Below are positions 1 to 9,829 of a DNA stretch of 64,000 nucleotides, piece by piece. Every line of letters starts with the position of its first letter. Within the stretch, counting starts at the first letter, position 1. Under the pieces are notes generated by a model, which searched no databases, was not told where the DNA came from, and saw only the letters and a program-made list of their open reading frames with translations. The translations under genes were made by a program, and so were the position numbers. The stretch is from an uncultured bacterium (GTDB lineage: Bacteria; Babelota; Babeliae; Babelales; Vermiphilaceae): contig OY968764.1 in NCBI GenBank assembly GCA_963695335.1, positions 672,001-736,000 on the forward strand, in the 5' to 3' direction.

Positions 1-2
1 GT

Positions 3-2072
3 GTTATTACTGGTAAAAATGCTATTTTTGTTGATTTGAATGGTGAAATTAGTATTGAGCTAGGATTTATTGCTGATATGGATGTTATGGTTATTAAAAG
101 CCATAATGGTATTGTTGATCTTCCTGCAAATCAAGTCTTCTTCACTAAGGGAGCTGCAGTTGCAACATGGAATGTTGATCTCAGAAATCCTGAAGATCAA
201 ATTATTATTGGACCAGATCAAGAATTACCAACATATGTATTCAATTGGATGCGTGCGAAAAAAGATTGTCCAAATTTTGTACCATTCAGTTGCTGTTCTA
301 ATGCATGTATGTGTGCATCAGTAACAGATGCAAATATAACTGGATTACCAACAATTCAGGGAACCATTAATGACTTACAAATTCAAGGAACACGTATCGG
401 TGATCCTGCACAATTCTTGATTGATGGCGGTAATGTTGATCAGTTAACTTTCTCAAGCAGTAATTGCAGTGGCGAAGTTCCAGTTGCTACAATCGTGTTG
501 CAAAATAATGGAATGGTAAGTCTTGATAGCACAACTACGCTTGGTGTAAATGGTGTTGTTATTATAGCGAATGGCTCTGGACAAGTGAACGTCACGAGTG
601 ATCTTGTTATTGATAATACATGTGCATTTGTTAAAGGTCCTGATTTTGCATCATGTGATGTATTAGAACTTTACAGTGCAGTACCTCGTCAAATTCTTCT
701 TAAATCTGGTGCTACATTAAACTTAACTTCATTTACTGATCCTTCTGAAATTGTTGCAATTGGTGGTGAGCTTACTCTTGCCGTTGAACCTGGTGCGCAA
801 ATTGTTACAGGTTCCGGAACATTGCGTTTTGCTGATAATGCACGCTTGTTATTTATTCCAGCAAATAATGCTGAAGCATTCTTTAATGCAATTCCATTTG
901 GTGCGCAAGATTCAACGTTACCAGTTACGATTGTTCCTGCAGCTGATCCTCATAATCCACTTTCTTCATTGATCAATTTTGGTCAAGGTCTTCATAACAC
1001 TGATCAGTTCCGTGTGAAATTAATTGGTAGCGGTACAATTGAATTGGTAGACAATGCACAAGGCATATTGCCATTCAATGCATTTGTTGGTGTTGAAACA
1101 ATAAGCAATGATCTGTGTGAAATTCCAACAACTGATCTTATTTTAAGTCTTGCTGATAATGGTACATTTGCAATAGGTCATTACAATTATAATGAAGGCG
1201 GTGTGTTGCAAATTGGTAACATTGATCCAATAGAAGGTCATTCAGTTAACTTCACACTCCTTCTTGATGGTGATAATGCTAACTTTAGTATTGGTAGCCG
1301 TGGATTCCTTGGTCTTGGTGTTGGTATTGAACGCTTTGATGGTCAGGTACAACTGTTACGTGCTCGTAATTGCCCAACAAACTTTGTACCAAACGTAAAC
1401 ATTGTTAATAATCTGAGTAATGTTGATCTGATTACGCTTCAAATGTTCAATGGTAGATTTGAACATGATCGTATCTTCTCTGGTGATGATATGAATGCAT
1501 CATTGCTTGCAGTAAGTAGTACTGCTACATTTGCGCTTGATTTTGAATTGCCAGATGAAAACGTTGATCCTACATTAAGCAGTCAATCCAACTTCAATAT
1601 GGCTGGCGGTGCTAATATTGTACTTGTTCAACCAGGACCAGTTGGTGGATTGCAGCCTATTGTATTAGATCAAGCTGGCGCTCTTTCTTTACTGTTAAGT
1701 GCGGGTGTTATGGCTTCAACGTTGTTACAACCGGATAATGTTGATGTTTCAGATCTTACTGGTACAGAATTCTTTAATTATATTGCTACGCAAGATGCAA
1801 GTAATGCTATGACAACTCGTGATAATACATTTGGTAGAGCAAATGCTGCAGCGCAAGGTGATAGCTTCCGACCTGAATCAGAAAACATTCGTGTTGATAC
1901 AGTAAGTGGTGATACGATTATTCGTTCTCAAGTATTTGATGTTGTTGGTATTGGTCAGGAAGATTCTAAGAATCGTGCAGCAATTGATGCAGCAGCGGTG
2001 TTTGCAGATATTAATATTGCAGCAAATCAAATAGTATCAGTTACAGTTATAGAAGAAGGTTTACAGATATAA
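3..2072 (+). CDS. Large Gly/Asn/Asp/Val-rich putative surface or beta-helix protein, 5'-truncated by the window edge
   Basis: Frame is open from position 3 to TAA at 2070-2072; beta-strand-rich composition; no family recognised. Confidence 0.6.
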   Translation, partial: VITGKNAIFVDLNGEISIELGFIADMDVMVIKSHNGIVDLPANQVFFTKGAAVATWNVDLRNPEDQIIIGPDQELPTYVFNWMRAKKDCPNFVPFSCCSNACMCASVTDANITGLPTIQGTINDLQIQGTRIGDPAQFLIDGGNVDQLTFSSSNCSGEVPVATIVLQNNGMVSLDSTTTLGVNGVVIIANGSGQVNVTSDLVIDNTCAFVKGPDFASCDVLELYSAVPRQILLKSGATLNLTSFTDPSEIVAIGGELTLAVEPGAQIVTGSGTLRFADNARLLFIPANNAEAFFNAIPFGAQDSTLPVTIVPAADPHNPLSSLINFGQGLHNTDQFRVKLIGSGTIELVDNAQGILPFNAFVGVETISNDLCEIPTTDLILSLADNGTFAIGHYNYNEGGVLQIGNIDPIEGHSVNFTLLLDGDNANFSIGSRGFLGLGVGIERFDGQVQLLRARNCPTNFVPNVNIVNNLSNVDLITLQMFNGRFEHDRIFSGDDMNASLLAVSSTATFALDFELPDENVDPTLSSQSNFNMAGGANIVLVQPGPVGGLQPIVLDQAGALSLLLSAGVMASTLLQPDNVDVSDLTGTEFFNYIATQDASNAMTTRDNTFGRANAAAQGDSFRPESENIRVDTVSGDTIIRSQVFDVVGIGQEDSKNRAAIDAAAVFADINIAANQIVSVTVIEEGLQI

Positions 2073-2077
2073 TTGAA

Positions 2078-2110
2078 TACAGATGGGTATGTAAAAGTAC
2101 CCATCTGTTT
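2078..2110 (+). terminator. Intergenic hairpin (terminator or mRNA stabiliser)
   Basis: ACAGATGGGTA...TACCCATCTGT followed by TTCTT. Confidence 0.7.
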
Positions 2111-2163
2111 CTTCCGTTAAAAAAAGGTAGCGAGGTATGGACGTAATAAAGAAAAGGAATGTA

Positions 2164-4017
2164 ATGAAGAAAACCTTAAAAAGTATTGTGCTTTTAGGCG
2201 CATTATATGGTGGATCACTTCATGCAAGTTTTGAATTTAGATCTCCGTTAGATTTTGATGCTCGTGGGTATCAACATTGGTTTTTAGCACCAGCTGATCA
2301 AGCATGGTGGTATGGCCAAATGCCAAGTGAGAAAACGAATACTGATTGGAACATTCACATGTGGGGTGTGGGATATTCCCGTACAGCTGATAGAGCATTC
2401 TCTTCATGTGGTTGCGAAGATAAAGTAACTCGTAACACAACAACACTCTCAGAACTGTTTTTTGGTAAAGCAGTATTCCGCGGGGAAAATGCATTCACCA
2501 ATGGAACATTTGCAGGAAATCAGGGAAATGCTGATGTTCTTGCTAATCAAGTTTTAGTAAATGCGGTAAACCCATTCTTAGCTTTTGCGAGTATTGCACC
2601 GGTATTTGATTACAATGAAAAAGGTGCGAATATGGGTATCGATTTTGCACGGTATGTAGGCAATAATGATAGATTCCATATTGGTGGCCGTATTAATGTT
2701 CCGTTTAAAGTAATTGAAATTCAACCAGACAGTGATGCTACCTTTGAAGAAACACTTGATAATGTATTTGTCACAAGAATAGTTGATCTTAATGATGGAA
2801 CATTTTCACCGAGTCAAGTTGAATATGCAATGCGATTTGATTTTTTAAGTACATTAGTTTTTCAACAAAATGCTTTGCCATCTGGTAATACAGAGGCACG
2901 TCCTGTTGTAGTATACAGTAATGATTCCGCAGGAAACGCTATTATACAGCTTGCTGGTCAATCATTAACTGGTACAAGTGCTGATCAAAATAACACAATG
3001 CCAGCTGCATATGCTACTATAAGAAAAGATGGAACGGTTCCAGCTGTTCCATTCAGAAAAGCACCAAACCAAGTGACTGGTTCTGTTGGGCCTGATGGTG
3101 AAGGTGCTAATAATGATGTGTTATTCTTTAAAACTAATGTTGACTATGCAGGACAGTTACAAAAAGATAGATGTGCGCAAAGCACTATTTTTATAACACC
3201 ACGTTCAGATGTTAATACCGGTGTCATTACAGCTTCTTCAAATGCTATTTTGACAACTATCCAAACATTGCTTGGTACAGATCTTATTCCTTCAGAACCA
3301 GCATCTGCTTTCTTTTTAGAAAATGGAATAGATTTGACGGGTTACAGCCGTGTTGTTGGTGTTGGTGATTTAGCTGCAGAAGTGTATGGCGGTATCTGTA
3401 ATTATGATAATTGGTTTGCTGATGGTATCTTTGGTCTTCAAGTTCCAACAGCAAAAAGACAAGAAAATCCTAATCAAGTTTTCTATAAACCAACAGGTAA
3501 CAATGGCCACGCTGTTGTTAAAGTTGGTTTAGATGGTGGCTGGAAACCACGTCCATGGTTTGCATTTGAAATTCGTCCATTCTACTTCCATGCGTTTAGA
3601 GCAAGAGAACATCGCGCAGCTCCATTTGCGGGCGCAACAATTGTTAACGTTGGACCAGAATTTGATGTTAATGTTGCTTGGAATTATTTCACACTACAAA
3701 CAGATTTCAACTTCTTCCATCCACATAATCCTGATCTTGGTTTTGTGCTTGGCTATGAGTTGTTTGCTAAAGGACACGATAATGTATCAGTTGATTGTTG
3801 TCCTGCAACAGCAACGGATTTATTAGGTCGTCCAAATCAACCAATCGATGTGTCTAATTATGAAAGACATACAAATTCACTTTCTAACAAGTTACGTGGT
3901 GAAGTATTCTACCGTGCACATTATTTTGAAATCTTTGGTGGTGGATCGCAAATGGTTTCTGGTAGAAACATTATGAAAGAAACTGAAGCTCATATTGGTT
4001 TAGCAATATACTTCTAA
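2164..4017 (+). CDS. Putative outer-membrane beta-barrel-like secreted protein
   Basis: Signal peptide MKKTLKSIVLLGALYGGSLHA, AAGGA RBS, amphipathic C-terminal strands ending in Phe (HIGLAIYF). Confidence 0.6.
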   Translation: MKKTLKSIVLLGALYGGSLHASFEFRSPLDFDARGYQHWFLAPADQAWWYGQMPSEKTNTDWNIHMWGVGYSRTADRAFSSCGCEDKVTRNTTTLSELFFGKAVFRGENAFTNGTFAGNQGNADVLANQVLVNAVNPFLAFASIAPVFDYNEKGANMGIDFARYVGNNDRFHIGGRINVPFKVIEIQPDSDATFEETLDNVFVTRIVDLNDGTFSPSQVEYAMRFDFLSTLVFQQNALPSGNTEARPVVVYSNDSAGNAIIQLAGQSLTGTSADQNNTMPAAYATIRKDGTVPAVPFRKAPNQVTGSVGPDGEGANNDVLFFKTNVDYAGQLQKDRCAQSTIFITPRSDVNTGVITASSNAILTTIQTLLGTDLIPSEPASAFFLENGIDLTGYSRVVGVGDLAAEVYGGICNYDNWFADGIFGLQVPTAKRQENPNQVFYKPTGNNGHAVVKVGLDGGWKPRPWFAFEIRPFYFHAFRAREHRAAPFAGATIVNVGPEFDVNVAWNYFTLQTDFNFFHPHNPDLGFVLGYELFAKGHDNVSVDCCPATATDLLGRPNQPIDVSNYERHTNSLSNKLRGEVFYRAHYFEIFGGGSQMVSGRNIMKETEAHIGLAIYF

Positions 4018-4044
4018 AAGTTATTTTTGAAAAAGGTAATGAAT

Positions 4045-4650
4045 ATGAATTCAATAATTACTCGATATAAAAAAACAGCGGTGTTAGCAGCGTTTGTTGC
4101 TGCAATAAGCATAAGCTCAGTTATATCTGCTGGATGTGGTGCTTGTGCAGCAGCAGCAGTGATTAGACAATCAATTAAAGATGCTCAAGCGGCAGCGCTT
4201 AACAGTGGAAAAAAAGCATTAGAAGATGAATTAGATGATCTTGATGGAGAAGAAGCAGCAGATCGTGCAGCACGTGAAGCGTTAGTTGATCCATGCGATC
4301 CTTTTGCATCATGCAATGGATGTGAAGGTGGATGTAGTTTAAATTGTAAACTACAAACATTGTTCAACTGTTGTGTTGCTACAAATAAAGAAGTGCGTCG
4401 TCAAGGTCATGAAGCAAACAAATGTTGCAAAAGAGTACGTCATGAACTGAATGAAATTGAAGATCAAATTTCTGTTCTTGATAGCGTGATTGTAAGCCAA
4501 GGCGATGCAGCTGCAACATGTTGTTCTGTTACATCAGCACAGATAAATACATTAAGCATTTCAGTTGCTGATCAAATCAGTGCACTTAATCTTTCTATTG
4601 CTGACGTTCTTGCTTTAGTGACACTTGTATTTAATTGTACATGTACGTAA
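4045..4650 (+). CDS. Secreted cysteine-rich protein with a coiled-coil-like C-terminus
   Basis: Signal-like N-terminus; CGAC, CNGCEGGC, three CC pairs, terminal CTCT; start uncertain (4027/4039/4045). Confidence 0.65.
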   Translation: MNSIITRYKKTAVLAAFVAAISISSVISAGCGACAAAAVIRQSIKDAQAAALNSGKKALEDELDDLDGEEAADRAAREALVDPCDPFASCNGCEGGCSLNCKLQTLFNCCVATNKEVRRQGHEANKCCKRVRHELNEIEDQISVLDSVIVSQGDAAATCCSVTSAQINTLSISVADQISALNLSIADVLALVTLVFNCTCT

Positions 4651-4693
4651 TAGAAGATTAATAATATAAGTTATTATATTATCGATTTTAAAA

Positions 4694-4737
4694 GAGTGGG
4701 ATATGGCCTAAAAAGCCGTATCCCACTCGTGTTTTTT
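4694..4737 (+). terminator. Rho-independent terminator
   Basis: GAGTGGGATATGGC-taaaaa-GCCGTATCCCACTC followed by a T tract. Confidence 0.8.
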
Positions 4738-4801
4738 GACAATACCCTCTGCTGCGCGTACCCTGTTATCATAGGGGTATTTTTATGAGGGGATTTTTTT
4801 T

Positions 4802-5860
4802 ATGTATAATTATATCGTTAAGTTGTATTTTTTCGCGCTCGTCCTGAACTTGTTGAAGGATTTCTTCGAGCGCTCAAAGATATCCTTCGACAGGCTCAGG
4901 ACGAGCGCAGGAAAGAAAGTTTTTCTTGCAATGATTGTTGGAATGTATTGTGTGCAAAGCGTGCGTCCAATGGAGCCTGAAAAGTGGAATGGTGATACAA
5001 AAAATGATGTTGCAATAGAGATGTATCATTTTTGGTCCAATGATTATAATCAAAATATCAATAATATAAAGAATGTTGATTTAAAAGAAATTCGGTCAAC
5101 TTTAAATAAAGAAGATTTTTTATCCAGTTCTGATGATACATTAAAGCATCTCTTGTATCTTTCTACGATACGTAAAAATGACGATAAAACGCTTTTTACG
5201 CAAAAACAACAGAATAAGTTTGATGCAGCTTTTAAAACAAAACAATCTGTTCCTATGTGGTTTGGTATTAACGGAGCAGTTATTGTTGGTACATCACTTT
5301 TGCCATGTATTAATTTTACTGGTTTATTACAATGTTCAAATGCAACATTAGTTGGGTGTTTATCTCAACTTGTTACTATCACAACGCCAACAGTAGCTTC
5401 TGTGGCAGGAGCTCTTACTGTGGGGTTTGTGTCTTTATATGCTACGGGACTTTCGCCTGATTATTCTTCTCGTAAAGCAAATAAAGTGCAAGATGAAATA
5501 GGTCATTTGCGTACAAATTATGCAACAATAGCCAAATATTGGATTGATATTTATTTTAAATATCCAGAAAAAGCCCAGTACATTGCTCAAAAAATTGATA
5601 TTGAAGCGTTGAGAACAAGGGCGCAATTAAAAACGCATAAAAAGAGAAGTGGCAGCTCTTTGGTGACTCCTCTTGAAGAAGCATGGCATTTTATTACGCA
5701 TAAGACTGTTCTGATAACATTTACGGAAATTGAAAATTACCTTTATAATAAGATGCATAGCCAAGATATCGATCTTTTTAAGAGACGAATTGAATCCCTT
5801 GAAAGCATTATTTATCAACAAAATGCAGAAATACAAAAATTGAAACAAGAAAAAATATGA
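4802..5860 (+). CDS. Putative secreted/membrane protein with an in-frame palindromic repeat in its N-terminus
   Basis: GAGGGG RBS before ATG 4802; PME motif after a hydrophobic segment; two central hydrophobic segments; C-terminal coiled coil; stop overlaps metG start (ATGA). Confidence 0.7.
   Translation: MYNYIVKLYFFALVLNLLKDFFERSKISFDRLRTSAGKKVFLAMIVGMYCVQSVRPMEPEKWNGDTKNDVAIEMYHFWSNDYNQNINNIKNVDLKEIRSTLNKEDFLSSSDDTLKHLLYLSTIRKNDDKTLFTQKQQNKFDAAFKTKQSVPMWFGINGAVIVGTSLLPCINFTGLLQCSNATLVGCLSQLVTITTPTVASVAGALTVGFVSLYATGLSPDYSSRKANKVQDEIGHLRTNYATIAKYWIDIYFKYPEKAQYIAQKIDIEALRTRAQLKTHKKRSGSSLVTPLEEAWHFITHKTVLITFTEIENYLYNKMHSQDIDLFKRRIESLESIIYQQNAEIQKLKQEKI
4835..4908. repeat. Family A palindromic repeat
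   Basis: GCGCTCGTCCTGAACTTGTTGAAGGAT...ATCCTTCGACAGGCTCAGGACGAGCGC; close copy at 59148-59221. Confidence 0.9.
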
Positions 5861-7782
5861 AAAAAAATAGTTTTTACGTCACTACTCCCATCTATTATGT
5901 CACAGCCAAACCTCATTTGGGATCATTGTATACCACATTACTTGCCGATGTTATTGCCCGTTGGAATAAACTGCTGGGCAATGACACATTTTTTTTAACA
6001 GGTACTGATGAGCATGGGCAAAAGATAGCACAAGCTGCAGCCGCCGCAGGAAAACAACCAAAAGAGTTTGTGGATAGTTTTATTCCTGATTATAAACATG
6101 CATGGCAGATGTATGACATTCAGTACGATAAATTTATTCGTACAACGGATCCAGATCATGTTAAAGGTGCACAAAAATTTACCACTGAGTTGATGGAAAA
6201 GGGGTATGTGTATAAATCTGTTTATGAAGGTTGGTATTGCACATCATGCGAAACATTTGTAGAAGAAATTCATGCAGGTGATCAACGGCTTAAAGGACCA
6301 CAATGCCCAACGTGCGGCAGAGATACGCATATTGTTTCTGAAGAAACATATTTTTTTAAACTGTCTGCGTTTACTGATAAACTTTTGACGTTTTATAAAG
6401 AAAATCCTGATTTTATTGTTCCCAAAGAACGCGCGAATGAAGTGATCAATTTTGTTGCATCAGGATTAAAAGATTTGAGTATTTCCCGAACAACGGTTAA
6501 GTGGGGTATACCATTCCCGAATGATCCTCATCACACATTGTATGTCTGGGTGGATGCATTATCAAATTATATTACCGGTGTTGGGTATGGACAGCCAGAT
6601 AAAATAGATGAGTTTCATAAACGTTGGCCAGCAAATGTGCATCTTCTTGGAAAAGATATTGTACGGTTTCACGCAGTGTTTTGGCCAGCATTTTTGATGG
6701 CTGCAGATTTACCTCTACCAAAACAATTATTAGTCCATGGTTGGATTAAAGTTGATAAACAAAAGATGTCAAAATCTCTTGGCAATGTTGTTGATCCTGT
6801 TGAATTACAAAAAAAATATGGGACCGATCCAATTCGTTATTATTTATTGCGTCAGATTCCGATAAACCAAGATGGTGATTTTAGTATTACTGATGTTGAA
6901 AATCGTATAGAATCTGATCTTGCTAATGATTTGGGTAATTTATTAAATCGTATGTTGGTGCTTGCTGAGAAGTATGATTTGTTTGATGTTGCACCGTGTA
7001 CAGTGTGGTCACCTGCATCATTGGATTTGCGTGATGCAAGTTGGAATGCGATTGAAGATTTTACTGCGCATATGAATGAGTATATGTTTCATCATGCATT
7101 ATCAAGTTTGTGGAAATTTATCAGTAGTACGAATGCGTATTTCCATGGGCAGGAGCCTTGGAAAGTTGCTAAGATTGATCAACAGTTGTTTGCAGAAATT
7201 ATTTCAGCTACGTGTCACAGTTTGCGTACCATTGCACTGTTATTGTGGCCAGTAATGCCACAAAAAATGGAAGAACTTTTACATAGTATTGGTGTTGAAT
7301 TTAAGTTAGAAAATCATACGCTTGAAAATTTAGAACTAAATAGTTGGAATAAACATTTTATGTTGAAGAAATCACCCACTTTGTTTGAGAAGCCTATTAA
7401 AGAAATTGAAGAGGAAAAAATGTCACAAGAAGTTGTACAACAAGAAGAGAAATCATACATCACAATCGATGATGTTGTTAAAGTTGAATTGTTAACCGGA
7501 ACTATTGAAGCGTGCACTGATGTTGCAGGTTCAGATAAGTTGGTGCAAATGACGGTTGATTTGGGAGTGCATGGTAAACGTACTATTTTAGCAGGAATTA
7601 AAAAAGATCATGCGCCATCAGAATTGGTTGGCAGACGTGGACTGTTTATTACCAATTTAAAGCCACGCAAAATGGCTGGAACAGAATCACAAGGTATGAT
7701 GCTTGTTGCAGAAGATGCAGATGGCAAAGTGCAGCTTGTGCAATTCCCTGACAGTGTTGGTAACGGTGTGAGATTGAGATAG
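5857..7782 (+). CDS. metG: Methionine--tRNA ligase with C-terminal tRNA-binding (Trbp111-like) domain
   Basis: TTPIYYV..PHLG (HIGH-like), GTDEHGQK, CxxC knuckle, KMSKS, NLKPRKMAG.ESQGM. Confidence 0.97.
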   Translation: MKKNSFYVTTPIYYVTAKPHLGSLYTTLLADVIARWNKLLGNDTFFLTGTDEHGQKIAQAAAAAGKQPKEFVDSFIPDYKHAWQMYDIQYDKFIRTTDPDHVKGAQKFTTELMEKGYVYKSVYEGWYCTSCETFVEEIHAGDQRLKGPQCPTCGRDTHIVSEETYFFKLSAFTDKLLTFYKENPDFIVPKERANEVINFVASGLKDLSISRTTVKWGIPFPNDPHHTLYVWVDALSNYITGVGYGQPDKIDEFHKRWPANVHLLGKDIVRFHAVFWPAFLMAADLPLPKQLLVHGWIKVDKQKMSKSLGNVVDPVELQKKYGTDPIRYYLLRQIPINQDGDFSITDVENRIESDLANDLGNLLNRMLVLAEKYDLFDVAPCTVWSPASLDLRDASWNAIEDFTAHMNEYMFHHALSSLWKFISSTNAYFHGQEPWKVAKIDQQLFAEIISATCHSLRTIALLLWPVMPQKMEELLHSIGVEFKLENHTLENLELNSWNKHFMLKKSPTLFEKPIKEIEEEKMSQEVVQQEEKSYITIDDVVKVELLTGTIEACTDVAGSDKLVQMTVDLGVHGKRTILAGIKKDHAPSELVGRRGLFITNLKPRKMAGTESQGMMLVAEDADGKVQLVQFPDSVGNGVRLR

Positions 7783-7815
7783 TCAACTACATAATAAAAA
7801 TAAGATTCTTTTTCT

Positions 7816-8000
7816 GCGCTCATCAGCTTCTCCCATCTTCGATTTTTCTTGATGGGGACCCCGATTCAACCCCATTTCCATTATATTCCAATGGGGACCC
7901 CAATTCAGCCCCATTTCCATTTCTTCCAATGGGGACCCCAATTGGAGTAAGACGTAAATTGGGGATAAAAATTGGAGCTAAAGGATATCTTCGAGCGCTT
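7816..8000. repeat. Composite repeat: family C hairpin chain (three TGGGGACCCC units) plus family A fragments
   Basis: Units start at 7853, 7892 and 7930; AAAGGATATCTTCGAGCGCTT (7980-8000) is the reverse complement of 17473-17493. Confidence 0.8.
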
Positions 8001-8012
8001 TTGGTAAAATTC

Positions 8013-9080
8013 ATGAAAAATATAAACATCATTTTTTTGTTACTTATCAGTAATGTAATTATCGGAATGGAAGCTGAACGTAAAAGTTTGGCTTCCTTTT
8101 TTTGTGTTGAGAAATGTGTGCAAAATGAAGACATTTGTACAGTAGTTGCGCAGCAGCATGTGTCCGATCAGAAATGGTGGTATATGGATAAAGAAATTCA
8201 GTATATCAACCAAGGTTGTTTAGATGCATCGTATCAGAAAAAAAACAGTTTTGCTTTTGTGCATTTTAATAAAGCCTGTACAGAAATAATAATTTTTCCC
8301 GGGGGTATTGGGGATTGTTTTATATGTGTGTGTGATAGAAAAAGCGGAAAGGAACGGGAGCGTATTTTTTTTGAAGATTATAATGAGGTCAATTTTTCTT
8401 ACCCTCAAATATGGGCGGATAGACTTTATTCCTCAACTCGTGCTCCTCAGGTCAGTTATAATGAGGGTTTATGGTGTGGTGAGTATTCTTTTTGTGAAGA
8501 ATCTGGAGGATTGAAGGAGGCTCTTGTAGTAGTAAAGCGTGAATATATGTGTGGTCGTGTAACAAATATTAATGAATCCAAAGCTTGTGTGTGGGATAGA
8601 ATAGAAGGAAAGGAATCATTACAGCTTGTGCATGATGGTCCAGTTAATATGGCACATTTTAATCCGCAAGGTATAGAAATAATAACGGCATCAGATGATT
8701 GTACAATGCGTTTATGGCATAGCAAAACAGGGCAAGAGTTGTTGCGTATCGCATATGGTACCTGTGTTCAGTCAGCATGGTTTAATGAGATGGGAACGGA
8801 AATGGTGGTTGCAACCGATGATGGTAACATACAAATTTTTGCGCAGTATAAGACTGATAATTTGCCACAAGTCTTGCTGAAAAAATTATTGCATCTATGG
8901 TTGCAATTGCAAAAGCCAAGTAAAAAAATTGATTCACCTGAAAAATTATTAGATAATGTTGCTCAATTGTTATCGTGTGATAAGAATGAAATGAATATAA
9001 CATGGCAATCGTTTCCAAAACATATGCAGAAAGCGATGTGGTTATCGATGCATAATAAGATTCAGAAATATGGAAAGTAA
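8013..9080 (+). CDS. Secreted WD40-repeat protein, long type, copy 1
   Basis: MKNINIIFLLL..GME signal; HDGPVNMAHFNPQG..IITASDDCTMRLW; start moved from 7929, which lies in the repeat. Confidence 0.85.
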   Translation: MKNINIIFLLLISNVIIGMEAERKSLASFFCVEKCVQNEDICTVVAQQHVSDQKWWYMDKEIQYINQGCLDASYQKKNSFAFVHFNKACTEIIIFPGGIGDCFICVCDRKSGKERERIFFEDYNEVNFSYPQIWADRLYSSTRAPQVSYNEGLWCGEYSFCEESGGLKEALVVVKREYMCGRVTNINESKACVWDRIEGKESLQLVHDGPVNMAHFNPQGIEIITASDDCTMRLWHSKTGQELLRIAYGTCVQSAWFNEMGTEMVVATDDGNIQIFAQYKTDNLPQVLLKKLLHLWLQLQKPSKKIDSPEKLLDNVAQLLSCDKNEMNITWQSFPKHMQKAMWLSMHNKIQKYGK

Positions 9081-9095
9081 ACATAAAGAGCAATA

Positions 9096-9824
9096 ATGAA
9101 GTATGCATATTTAGTTTTTTTGATGAGTATTAGCAACGGTTTTTTATTTTCTATGGAAATGGACTTTGCATCTAGAGATAAAATATGGCGGGTTGATAGA
9201 GAGATTCAGTGTGAGAAGTTGCCTACTTCTTATCGTGGTCAAGAATATTCATTTAAAGATTGGTTGAGATTTATACATTTTAGTAAAAATGGTACAGAGA
9301 TTATAGGGTGGAATCGTGGATTTCCTCTTTGTCTTGTATGGGATAGAAAGAGTGGAATATTGTTAGCGCGGGTCGAAGATGCCACTGCTAATAATCCTGT
9401 ATTTGACGAACCAAGATGGAAAGATAGATTGCCTGAACCACATTTTCCTAAGGAATATCCTGAAGGGTGGAAGAAAGATTTTAATGATTATGACTTAGAA
9501 GAAGAGTCAGAAACTTTGGTGTTAGCAACTAAGAACAAAGAATACCAAGTTTGTGTGTGGGATAAAAGAGAAAAAAGAGAGACATTGCAGCTTGTGCATG
9601 AGAATAGAGTGAATCAGGCACATTTTAATAGAAAAGGTATAGAAATAATCACAGCATCGCAAGATGGTACAATGCGTTTGTGGCATTCACAGACAGGGCA
9701 AGAGTTGTTGCGTATGAATCATGCCTCAAATGTAACAGATGCAGAATTTAATGAAATGGGAACGGAAATAGTTGTTGCAAGAGAAGATGGTAAGATACAA
9801 ATTTTAGTACAAGAAGTTAAATAA
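9096..9824 (+). CDS. Secreted WD40-repeat protein, short type, copy 1
   Basis: Signal + SME; HENRVNQAHFN..IITASQDGTMRLW. Confidence 0.85.
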   Translation: MKYAYLVFLMSISNGFLFSMEMDFASRDKIWRVDREIQCEKLPTSYRGQEYSFKDWLRFIHFSKNGTEIIGWNRGFPLCLVWDRKSGILLARVEDATANNPVFDEPRWKDRLPEPHFPKEYPEGWKKDFNDYDLEEESETLVLATKNKEYQVCVWDKREKRETLQLVHENRVNQAHFNRKGIEIITASQDGTMRLWHSQTGQELLRMNHASNVTDAEFNEMGTEIVVAREDGKIQILVQEVK

Positions 9825-9829
9825 AATTC

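Noticed and set aside
7853..7964. CRISPR array
   Set aside because: Only three short units, the 'spacers' are near-copies of each other, no cas genes, and related units are dispersed elsewhere
7929..8012. N-terminal extension of the first WD40 ORF (and 12874-12978 of the second ankyrin ORF)
   Set aside because: Both lie in repeats, and paralogs indicate starts at 8013 and 12979; not counted as in-frame insertions
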